Source: Vicinamibacteria bacterium
Lineage (GTDB): Bacteria; Acidobacteriota; Vicinamibacteria; Vicinamibacterales; CAVVIG01
Reading direction: 5' to 3'
NCBI GenBank assembly: GCA_041485905.1
Contig: JBGPKK010000001.1
Coordinates: forward strand, 38,141 to 102,140
DNA: 64,000 nt
Shown here piece after piece: positions 36,001-44,087 of this stretch; position 1 is the first letter of the stretch; the number at the start of each line of letters is the position of its first letter. Both the position numbers and the translations under genes were made by a program. The notes under the pieces are model-generated. The model had not been told where the DNA came from. It saw only the letters and a program-made list of their open reading frames with translations, and did not search any database.

Positions 36001-37344
36001 TTACGCGATTGCCGCGCGGACGTGCGTCTCGGGCGACCAGGCAGGCTTCGCGGCCACCGCCTCGCGGATGCGCCGGACGACCTCTTCGTCGGTCGGATAC
36101 GGCGACTTGAGCGCCGGCCGAAGCGGCAGGGGTATTTCGTCCATGCGATACGCAGTCCCCGGCGCGCTGATACCTGTGACCGCCGTGGTGATGTGCACGC
36201 GGGACAGGCGGCTCGTGTGAGTCACCTTGGGATCCAGCACGATCGTGGGAATGCGAGCCAGGTGATCGATGCCCGGCTGCGGCATCGTCGCTCCCGGATC
36301 CGCGCCGAGGATGAGCGCGGCGTCGTTGTCGCCGCGGACGATCAGGTCCACGGTCGAGAACTCCCCCGGATTGAAACGGGGGTAGCCCCGACTCAAGCTC
36401 ACACCGAACGGGTAGCCGGTCGACCAGCGCAGGACCATGTCCGATCCGGTGACGTTGCCGTGCCCTCGCATCGGCATGCACACGAACTTGGTGAACGCGT
36501 TCAGCTCCGCGGCCAGCGAGAGCACGCCCGCCGAGTTCATGTGCTTTCCACGGGTCATCGAGAGCCCCATGCCGAAGAAGATCACGCCGAATTTTGCGCG
36601 CTTCATTCGGTTGACGAGGTCCTGGAGTTGATCGACCGAGAGTCCGGTTTCCGCCACGCTCTCGGCATTGACCCTCTGGTTCTTGACAAGCGCGCGCAAG
36701 GTGGTGAGAACCTCGAAGTCCTTGCCCGGCCGAATCTGCAGGAAGAGGTCCGCAGCCTTCACGCTGGGCGTTTCGCGGATGTCCACCAGGACCATGAAGC
36801 GTCCCTTGCGCCCTTCCGGCACGAACCTGCCCTTCTGGGTCAGCGTGTATTTGGTGAAGTGCCGCGGGTGGCATTCCGCCGGGTTGCCGCCCCAGTAGAT
36901 GATGAAGTCGGCCCGATTCTTCACTTCGCCGAGCGTGCATGTAATCTTGCCACCCAACTGGGCGGCTATCTCAGTGGGGCCGTGTCAAAGCGAGGTGTGG
37001 CTGTCGACCACACCCCCGATCAACTCAGCCAGTGCCACGGCTTCCCGCTGGGCCTCGCACGTGATGTTGCTGAGTCCGTACACCAGTGGCATGTTGGCGG
37101 CATACAGGTAGTCGGCCGCGGCTGCGACGGCCGCGTCGAGAGTGGCCGGCTTCCCGTCGATCAGCGCGTCTGGAAACAGACGCTCCGCCGTGTGGTGTTT
37201 GAACCACGACTCGCCGAGACTGCAGGCGTTCTTGGCCTTGACGATGCGATCGCCTTCGGTGTGCAACTCGATGTCGTCACAGACGCATCCGCAGAACGTG
37301 CACGTGGCGTTGGGCACGACGTTGCTCGCAACGTTGAGGGTCAT
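36001..37344 (-). CDS. fwdB: formylmethanofuran dehydrogenase subunit B with an in-frame TGA (probable selenocysteine) at 36985-36987
   Basis: ORFs 36985..37482 (from MTLNV, Met47) and 36001..36957 are in the same frame, separated only by TGA plus 9 sense codons: ...GGVVDSHTSL-TGA-HGPTEIAAQLGGKITC.... The N-terminus has CTFCGCVCDD...C (Fe-S-like). The TGA is codon 120 and is followed by His. Confidence 0.75.
36953..36978 (-). promoter_or_regulatory. Candidate bacterial SECIS-like hairpin downstream of the fwdB UGA
   Basis: mRNA reads UGA CACGGC CCCACUG AGAUAGCCGCC CAGUUGGG: a 7-bp stem with one bulged U and an 11-nt loop, starting 7 nt after UGA. Folded by eye only. Confidence 0.3.
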
Positions 37345-37362
37345 CGAATCTCCCACATCATT

Positions 37363-37386
37363 TCTTGGTCTCGCTCTTGGTCTCGC
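37363..37386. repeat. Tandem repeat, period 12 (tcttggtctcgc x2), upstream of the fwdB start
   Basis: Read directly. Lies 19-42 nt upstream of the fwdB ATG on the coding strand. Confidence 0.75.
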
Positions 37387-37417
37387 CCCGACCCTGACCG
37401 GGCGGGATGACGAACGT

Positions 37418-37576
37418 TCATCCAAGCTCCCGACCGGGAAAGCTGCCACGAATGCGGCGCGGCATGTACCGCCCGGCCTCAATCATCTCCCAGGCCGGGA
37501 CATGTTCCTGGGGCGCGGCTTCAGACACTTCCCGCAGGATCCAGGTTTTCTTCTGGTCGAGAAGAATGTCGTTCAC
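37418..37576 (-). CDS. Hypothetical 52-aa ORF translationally coupled to fwdD
   Basis: GTG overlaps the fwdD TGA (GTGA). Product VNDILLDQKKTWILREVSEAAPQEHVPAWEMIEAGRYMPRRIRGSFPGRELG. I recognise no family. Confidence 0.3.
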   Translation of the reverse strand: MNDILLDQKKTWILREVSEAAPQEHVPAWEMIEAGRYMPRRIRGSFPGRELG

Positions 37577-37911
37577 GCGATCGCCTCGACTTCCACTTCC
37601 CAGCCCTTGGAGGTGGGCATTCCGGTGCCATCGGTATATCGGCCCATGAGATGGCACGTGGGCGGTCCATAAGGGATGAAGATCATTCCCAAGGGCACCT
37701 TCCCTTCCACGCACTTGAACGTAACCTCACCGTACTCGGACCGAACCATGGCGCTGCCACCGGACTGAATTCCCACCGCCTTCATATCATCGGGATGCAT
37801 CGTCATGGTGCTCACGATGGCTTGATACTCGGGTGAATCCTTCCCGATATTGATCTGCTGGCCCTGCTTGGTCGTGCGGCCGGCGTTCATGATAAAGCGC
37901 TTGTTTCCCAT
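37573..37911 (-). CDS. fwdD: formylmethanofuran dehydrogenase subunit D (molybdopterin-dinucleotide-binding beta-barrel domain)
   Basis: Start at MGNKRFIMNAGRTTKQGQ (Met18 of ORF 37573..37962). ...MHPDDMKAVGIQSGGSAMVRSEYGEVTFKC fits the FwdD / MopB C-terminal domain. Confidence 0.8.
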   Translation of the reverse strand: MGNKRFIMNAGRTTKQGQQINIGKDSPEYQAIVSTMTMHPDDMKAVGIQSGGSAMVRSEYGEVTFKCVEGKVPLGMIFIPYGPPTCHLMGRYTDGTGMPTSKGWEVEVEAIA

Positions 37912-38079
37912 TGGATAACGGTCTGGAACTGTCAGATTTACGAAAGAAAACCATTGTAGCACGCAGCGCGCAGGCGGTTAATGGCGTCGCCGTGACGTCC
38001 ACACGGCCTGCGGTCGGCCAGAACGTCACTCTGCGCCATCGCCGGACGAGAAACGTGTATATTGCGCCCGGGGAACTGG

Positions 38080-38631
38080 ATGAAACGGACTGTCGGCGAC
38101 CGGACGATCTCCCACGTGGCCCGGTCGATCGTGATCGCCGCGGTGCTTGGCGTCAGCGCCGTATCGGCGCACCTTGCGCGCGCTCAGGATCAGCGGAGCG
38201 GCGACGCGCTCGAGGTGCTTCAGGTGCAGCCGAACTTTTACATGATCGGTCGCGCGGGCGGCAACATCGCCGTCCAAATCGGGCCCGATGGGGTCGTCCT
38301 CGTGGACTCGGGTTCGAGGGAGATGGCGGACGCGGTCGTGGCGGCGATAAAGAAGCTGACCGATCAGCCGATTCGCTACATCATCAACACCAATCCGGAT
38401 GCCGACCCCAGTGGAGGCTGTGCTCGGCGGCGCGGACACCATGTATCCGGAGTATCGAAAGAAACTGAAGGCGACCTACGTCGCGCCCGAGAAATGCGTC
38501 CGTTATTGCTGTGGATGGGGAGGAGGCGGGGGAAACCCCGCGCCGGGCCTGACGGGTTGCATCAGCGGCGGCGGGCCCCCATAAACAGGGTCCGCCCCCG
38601 CCAGTGCGTTTCTAGTCTCTCTTCAGCTTGA
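38080..38631 (+). pseudogene. MBL-fold hydrolase N-terminal fragment (degenerate, probably inactive)
   Basis: Signal peptide, then LQVQPNFYMIGRAGGNIAVQIGPDGVVLVDSG...IRYIINTNPDADPSGG. The expected THxHxDHxGG metal motif has lost its His residues, and the remaining about 70 codons are low-complexity. Confidence 0.45.
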
Positions 38632-39013
38632 AATCGGCCTTCGTCGATCCGTGGTTCCAGGTGCCGGTCAGCGTGCGGTTGTACGAGCCGATGTCCGCCA
38701 GCTTCCCGTCGGCGACGATCTTCACCAGTGCGCCTGATTTGTCCTTGGCATCGGCCTCGAGATGAAGCATCCATTTCGTGGAGTCGAGCGTCGCGACCTT
38801 GATGGCGACGGCATCGGGCCCTGGGTCGATCGTCCCGGTGATATTCTTGCCGTCCCAGTACATGACCACCGTGATCTGCGTGCGCTGCGTCGGCGTCGCG
38901 CCCCAGTCGCCGTACCACGTGCCGACCAGCGGGTGACCTTCCTGGGCCAGTGCCGACACTGAAAGCGCGACGACGGCCAACGCGCACGATAACCAGGCAG
39001 CTTTTCGTCTCAT
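38612..39013 (-). CDS. small secreted protein, unknown function
   Basis: Start at MRRKAAWLSCALAVVALSVSALA (Met12 of ORF 38612..39046). Confidence 0.6.
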   Translation of the reverse strand: MRRKAAWLSCALAVVALSVSALAQEGHPLVGTWYGDWGATPTQRTQITVVMYWDGKNITGTIDPGPDAVAIKVATLDSTKWMLHLEADAKDKSGALVKIVADGKLADIGSYNRTLTGTWNHGSTKADFKLKRD

Positions 39014-39035
39014 CGTTATCTCCAGGCCCCGAGCG

Positions 39036-39962
39036 CTAGGGAACAATCCGGCTGGTGCGATCGACCGATTTCTCGGAACCGATCATGAGCACCGGTGCGA
39101 AGTTATTGTCCTGGCAGACGTATTCAAACAGTTCCTGTCCTGGACTCCAGCGAAGCGTGAAGCCGGTATTCCAGGTCGCTGTGTACGCGCCGGGATCGTC
39201 GATGGTGATTTCGTATTTGATCACGTTCATGTTCAGGCGGGTGAATCGCTCGATGTAGTGCAGCTTCTCGGTGTGCGGCGATCCCTGGCGATCCATCCAG
39301 AACCGTTCGTTGAACCCGAAGTTGTCCACGACCAGCGTGTCCCCCTCCCAGTGGCCGATCGAGTGTCCGTAATAGCTCGGCACCAGATCCTTGGGATGCT
39401 CCCGTCCATCCATATAGATGATCCGGTAGGTGTGCGGGCCGCCGATGTCCATGATGTACATGCGCTTGAGCTCCGGCATGTCCACGAACTCGACGCCGTA
39501 CGGCGTGAGGAACTGGCGTGAGCCGCCGGAAGGCTTGCAGCGCGTATGCGGCTCGAACTGCGTGCCCTGCCGGTAGGCGTAAAGCGCGCGGGCCCACGGC
39601 TGGAACGGCACTTCGCTCAACTTCGGTTTCGGAGGTGCGCCGGGCGCTGCGGGACCGCCCGCAATCGCGGCGCGGCTCGGTGTGTCGGGATCGGCGAACG
39701 TGCCGCCGCCAGGCAACCAGACCCCGAGCTCGCCAGGAAGCGGACCGAAGATCGGTTTGCCGTCCGCCCCGCGCGGCGCCGGCAGAGCCGGAGCGGCCGG
39801 ACCGCCGCGGCCGCCGCCGCGCCCCGCCCCCTGTCCGCGAGCCGGAGCGGGAGCGGCGGGAGCCTGTGCCTGCGGCGCTGCCTGCGAAAATGACGAAGCA
39901 GCCGGCAGCGTGACAAGCGCCAGCCCCAGGCCCACAGACGCGACGATGAGACGCTTACGCAT
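39036..39962 (-). CDS. secreted protein, unknown function (domain X)
   Basis: ORF track. Signal peptide, Pro/Gly/Ala-rich linker, then CKPSGGSRQF...YRIIYMDGREHP...WEGDTLVVDNFGFNERFWMD..GSPHTEKLHYIERFTR...YEITIDDPGAYT. Paralogous to the C-terminal half of 40448..41563. Confidence 0.7.
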   Translation of the reverse strand: MRKRLIVASVGLGLALVTLPAASSFSQAAPQAQAPAAPAPARGQGAGRGGGRGGPAAPALPAPRGADGKPIFGPLPGELGVWLPGGGTFADPDTPSRAAIAGGPAAPGAPPKPKLSEVPFQPWARALYAYRQGTQFEPHTRCKPSGGSRQFLTPYGVEFVDMPELKRMYIMDIGGPHTYRIIYMDGREHPKDLVPSYYGHSIGHWEGDTLVVDNFGFNERFWMDRQGSPHTEKLHYIERFTRLNMNVIKYEITIDDPGAYTATWNTGFTLRWSPGQELFEYVCQDNNFAPVLMIGSEKSVDRTSRIVP

Positions 39963-40004
39963 ATCCTGACCTCAGTATGGAAATCTGCACGTCGGTCGCG
40001 GATG

Positions 40005-40409
40005 TTAGGGTGTCTCGGTTTCGCTGGAGGCCGCGCCCATCCGCTGTCCCGTGGACGCCATGGTTACGGTCCTGGCGTTGCCGCGGTTGCTCAGGTTCCT
40101 AGCGGCCGTGCCCTCCACGATCACTTCGTCGCCCAGCTTCATCGTCGTGCGCGTCCATCCCCTGGTCTGGAGTCCGTGCGGCGGCCCCATCTCGAAGCCC
40201 CAGTTGGTGACGGTGCCGTCGTCGTTCTTGACGTTGAGATAGAACCACACGTGGGGATTGGTCCATTCGACCTTCGTCACATATCCCTGTTTCTTGACCA
40301 CCTTGGTATTGTCGAATTCCGCCGCAAAGGAGTGGTGTGCTTTGACCGGTTTGGCCGACAGCATCACACCCAAAGCGAGGGCCAGAAGACCAACCGTGCG
40401 TAATCTCAT
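40005..40409 (-). CDS. DUF6152-like secreted protein
   Basis: Start at MRLRTVGLLALALG (Met99 of ORF 40005..40703), preceded by ggagga. AHHSFAAEFD...VTKVEWTNPHVWFYL. Paralogous to the N-terminal third of 40448..41563. Confidence 0.7.
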   Translation of the reverse strand: MRLRTVGLLALALGVMLSAKPVKAHHSFAAEFDNTKVVKKQGYVTKVEWTNPHVWFYLNVKNDDGTVTNWGFEMGPPHGLQTRGWTRTTMKLGDEVIVEGTAARNLSNRGNARTVTMASTGQRMGAASSETETP

Positions 40410-40447
40410 TGGAAATCCTCCTCTTAACCGTGAACGAGAACGATACA

Positions 40448-41563
40448 TTATGGTCTGTTGTCCTGGCAAAAATACAGCGGAAGCTCTTCGCCGGCCATCC
40501 ACTGCAGGTTCCACCCGGTGGACCAGGTTCGCGTGTAGGCGCCGGGATCGTCGATGGTGACTTCGTACTTCAAGGTATTGGCATCGGTGCGCGTGAGCCG
40601 CTCGATCAGGTGCAGCTTCTCGGAGTGCGGCAGGCCGCCATTGGTAAACCAGAACTTTTCGTTGAAGCTGTTGGTGTCGACGACCAGCGTATCTTTCTCC
40701 CATTTGGCCACGGCGCGCCCGTAATACAGCGGGTTGTCTGCATCGCCCCGCAACTGGCCTTGTTGCTTGCGGCCGTCCGTATAGATGATGCGGTAGTTAT
40801 GATCGCCGCCTCCGACGAAGACGAAAATCCGCTTGCGATTCTGGTCCTCGACAAACTGCAGGCCCTCGGGCATCTGGAACTGGCGCGGGCCACCCGCAGG
40901 CTTGCAGAACAGGAACATCGGGTCGTCCTTCAGAAAATTGCGCTGCCGCAATTCGTAGAGGTCTCGAGCCCAGCGCTGAAAGGGTGCGACCTTGTCCACA
41001 TCCGTGATGTTGCGCAGGAGGCCGTAGGCGTCCATCGGAATTTTCGCGGCGTTCTCCACCATCACCGTGGAGCTCGGGTTCGCCCAATATCCTGTCTCGC
41101 CTGGCGCGGGACCGAGTCGCGGCTGGCCGTCCGGCCACCGAGGCGTGGGCCGAGCGGCACGTGACGCAGAAGACGCAGCGGCCGGCACGGTCAACAAGCT
41201 CTTGCCGGTCGTGGTCATCACCACGGACTTCGCCCACGCCTGGCGGCTTCCGTCTCTGGCGGCAATGCCGCGAACGGTGAGCGCGTCGCCAATCTTCAGC
41301 GAGTCGCGCGTCCAGCCGCCTTTGCGAAGCTCCACCGGACTTTCGAGCTCAATGGCCCAAATCGCAACGCCGCTGCCATCGGGGACGCCGATGAATAAGT
41401 GGGCGTGCGGATTGAGCCAATCGATCTTGCTGACAACCCCCTTCAGGGTCACCGCTTTGTTGTCGTCGAACTTGGCCGCAATCTCGTGGTGGGCGATCAC
41501 CGGCGCGGACGCCAGAAACAGGCCCAAACCGAGGGCCAAAAGGCCGCAGACACGATGCCTCAT
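40448..41563 (-). CDS. Fusion of a DUF6152-like domain and domain X, secreted
   Basis: Start at MRHRVCGLLALGLG (Met21). The N-terminus AHHEIAAKFD...VSKIDWLNPHAHLFI and the C-terminus CKPAGGPRQF...YRIIYTDGRKQQ...WEKDTLVVDTNSFNEKFWF..GLPHSEKLHLIERLTR...YEVTIDDPGAYT. Confidence 0.75.
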   Translation of the reverse strand: MRHRVCGLLALGLGLFLASAPVIAHHEIAAKFDDNKAVTLKGVVSKIDWLNPHAHLFIGVPDGSGVAIWAIELESPVELRKGGWTRDSLKIGDALTVRGIAARDGSRQAWAKSVVMTTTGKSLLTVPAAASSASRAARPTPRWPDGQPRLGPAPGETGYWANPSSTVMVENAAKIPMDAYGLLRNITDVDKVAPFQRWARDLYELRQRNFLKDDPMFLFCKPAGGPRQFQMPEGLQFVEDQNRKRIFVFVGGGDHNYRIIYTDGRKQQGQLRGDADNPLYYGRAVAKWEKDTLVVDTNSFNEKFWFTNGGLPHSEKLHLIERLTRTDANTLKYEVTIDDPGAYTRTWSTGWNLQWMAGEELPLYFCQDNRP

Positions 41564-41740
41564 CGATATTTCTCCCGTCGCGACTGGAAGGCGGCCCAGG
41601 ATCACCGCTGAAGAATACAACAAACCGGGGGCAAAAGTTTATCTTTGCGCGGCAAGGCGGTCCTGCAGCGCCCGCACCAGCGGCCCGGTGGCGGGCGGTC
41701 CGGCCGCCCACGGATCCGGGTACGTAGGATCCGCGGTCGG

Positions 41741-42985
41741 TCACGCGACCTGCCGCTCCCACGCGGCGAGGTCCGCGTATACGCGCTCGGCGCGCCCGAC
41801 GAGCGCCGCGTAGCAGGACGCCTCGTCGACGCCGGAGGCGTACACGGTGCAGACCGGCCGGCCCGCCGCCATGCGGTCGCCCGGACGGGGCACGTCGCCG
41901 ACGCCCCCGGCTTCGTCGGCACCCCTTCCCACGAGCCACGCGGTCGTGTCGCCGACGGTCACGTTGCGCCGCGCGAACACCACCGCCTTGCCCACCGCGT
42001 CAATCCCTCCAGGGCCGCCAGGGCCGCACCGCACCTGCGCGAGATCGAACGCAGGCAGCGTGCCGCCGACGCACGCTGCAACGTGCGCGCCGAACACAGA
42101 CAGCCCGCATGCGCGTTCCACAAGATCCATCGACGAGGACCACCGCGGGTTCACTTCGATCGCGTACGGAACGCCGCCTCGGGCGATGAAGTCGACGCCA
42201 TTGACGCCGACAAGGTCGAAGTCCTCGGCCACTGCGCGGGCGAGCGCGCACGCTCGATCCACCAGCTCGACATCGCCGGTCGCGAGGATGTTCCCGCAGT
42301 ACCGGTATCCTGCTGCGCCGAAGGCGTGGTCGCCGACGATCTGTCGAGACACGGCGAGCGGGACCGCGCGTCCGCCGGCCGCGACGAACACCACCGAGCC
42401 GGGCGTTCCCTCGACGAGCTCCTGCAGATAACAGCCGCGAGGGATGAGCGTGCCGCGGCGCCAGGCTCGCACGCGGTGTCCTCCTCCCGACTTCAACGGC
42501 TTCACGAGCCAGCGATGTCGATGTAGGTCGGACCTTATTAGGTCCGCCGCCTCAATGAGGTCCGCCGACTCAGGCGCCACATGCACGATGGGCGCGGCAA
42601 TCCCCCGCCGACCGAGCGCTTCTGCCACGAGCAGCGGATCGCGTACGCGCCACAGCACCGCCGGCGCGTTTCCCCACAGCGCGCGTCCGGCAGCGAGCGC
42701 GGTCACGGCGTTGGGATGATTCTCGAAGCTCGAAAGGTACGCGACCGCGTCGCACTCGATGCCGCGGCCGGCCCGCGCCGCAGCGTGCGCGGTGAAGCGG
42801 CGCCCAAGCGAGCGGTTACGGACCGACGGGTGCTGATCGAGATCGCCGAACGCGTCGATCGCCGTCACCGTGAAGCCGGCCCGCGCCGCCGATGTCGCGG
42901 CCGCGCGCGTCGAGACCCCTGCGATGAGGACGCGTGCAGCCGGCGACGTGGCAGCGCCCGGCCTCTCCACCTCACGCCATCCCAA
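41741..42985 (-). CDS. ATP-grasp enzyme of H4MPT/MFR islands
   Basis: ORF track. WLVKPLKSGGGHRV, YLQELVEGTPGSVVF, GVNGVDFI..GGVPYAIEVNPR. Overlaps the upstream DUF1464 gene by 14 nt. Confidence 0.75.
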   Translation of the reverse strand: MGWREVERPGAATSPAARVLIAGVSTRAAATSAARAGFTVTAIDAFGDLDQHPSVRNRSLGRRFTAHAAARAGRGIECDAVAYLSSFENHPNAVTALAAGRALWGNAPAVLWRVRDPLLVAEALGRRGIAAPIVHVAPESADLIEAADLIRSDLHRHRWLVKPLKSGGGHRVRAWRRGTLIPRGCYLQELVEGTPGSVVFVAAGGRAVPLAVSRQIVGDHAFGAAGYRYCGNILATGDVELVDRACALARAVAEDFDLVGVNGVDFIARGGVPYAIEVNPRWSSSMDLVERACGLSVFGAHVAACVGGTLPAFDLAQVRCGPGGPGGIDAVGKAVVFARRNVTVGDTTAWLVGRGADEAGGVGDVPRPGDRMAAGRPVCTVYASGVDEASCYAALVGRAERVYADLAAWERQVA

Positions 42986-44069
42986 CGCGCAATCGCGCCG
43001 CAGCCGGCGAGATCACGTGCAGATGATCGAGCACCGTGCCGGACGCCTCGCGGATGCGCAGCGCATCGACGATCGGCGCCGACCGACCGCCCGCAAGCCC
43101 GTCGGCGATCAACGCGGCGCCTTGGGCCGCCTGACTGGCTGTCGGGGCGAAGCCGGTGAGGACGTGCACCGAGGCATCGGCTCTCACGCCGGCGAGGCGC
43201 CGCGCGAACTCCTCCGGGACGCCGGCGACGCGAGCCACCCGTCCGGACAGAATCACCTCACGTGATTGCGGCACCGCCACTGCGAGCGCCGCCACGGCTT
43301 TCACAGCACTCTCGACGTAGGCGTCCCACGCCAGGTGGCCGCGTGGCGTGCTCGGCGCCGCGAGCGACTCGGCCGTCGCCGCGGGCGCTCCAGCGATCGT
43401 CGCGGCGCCGCCCCCGAAGAGCAGGTCCTTCGAAACGGAGCCTGCGAGGAACGCGACCTCGCCGTCGAGCGCGCCGGCGGCGCGCGCGCCGAGCGGTCCG
43501 GACGACCCGCCAACGCCGTCGACGATGGCACCGCGATCGACGGCGATCGCCGCCGTGAACGCGCCGCCCAATTCGAGCAGGATGAACGAGACGTCTTGCA
43601 CGGCGCACGCGCGTCGTTCGGTCTGCTCGCGCACAGCCAGCGCGGCCGCGCACACCTTGTCCGCGGTGCCCATATCGACGCGGTTCACTTTCCGGTGCGC
43701 GGGTACCGACGGAAGGTGCACGACGCCGGGCGTGAAGACCACCGGCATCGAGGAGCGCGCCAGGACCCGCATCAGCGACCGGAGTCCTTCGATCCCTCCG
43801 GACTCTCCCTCGGCCGCCAGGCAGGCGAGCCGAAGGTCATCGTCTGTGAGGTCGCGGGCCATCGTGAGCGGCAGGCCGTAACCGGATGGTCCCGCGACGA
43901 GATCCAGCGGAGCGGCGCGATGAGCCGCGTCGAGCAATCCCGCGAGCACCGACGGATCGATGAGCGCCTCGGACGTCGGAAGCGATCGGTCGAGGAAGAC
44001 ATGCCCATCGTCGAGTCCACAGACGTCGATGCTCACTGTGCCGGGGTCGATCCCGATCACGCGCGGCAT
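42972..44069 (-). CDS. DUF1464-like ASKHA (actin/sugar-kinase fold) protein
   Basis: ORF track. MPRVIGIDPGTVSIDVCGLDDG... and VDMGTADKV fit ASKHA phosphate motifs. The family name is from memory. Confidence 0.6.
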   Translation of the reverse strand: MPRVIGIDPGTVSIDVCGLDDGHVFLDRSLPTSEALIDPSVLAGLLDAAHRAAPLDLVAGPSGYGLPLTMARDLTDDDLRLACLAAEGESGGIEGLRSLMRVLARSSMPVVFTPGVVHLPSVPAHRKVNRVDMGTADKVCAAALAVREQTERRACAVQDVSFILLELGGAFTAAIAVDRGAIVDGVGGSSGPLGARAAGALDGEVAFLAGSVSKDLLFGGGAATIAGAPAATAESLAAPSTPRGHLAWDAYVESAVKAVAALAVAVPQSREVILSGRVARVAGVPEEFARRLAGVRADASVHVLTGFAPTASQAAQGAALIADGLAGGRSAPIVDALRIREASGTVLDHLHVISPAAARLRVGMA

Positions 44070-44087
44070 GGGAAAAGTCCTTGGTCC

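Noticed and set aside
36001-37482. fwdB as a pseudogene or two separate genes (ORFs 36985..37482 and 36001..36957).
   Set aside because: There is a single stop, it is TGA, both parts stay in frame, and it falls on the expected metal-ligand codon followed by HGP. A random inactivating mutation would rarely fit all four. The TTG 'start' of the second ORF has no independent support. Without sel genes or a validated SECIS this remains unproven.
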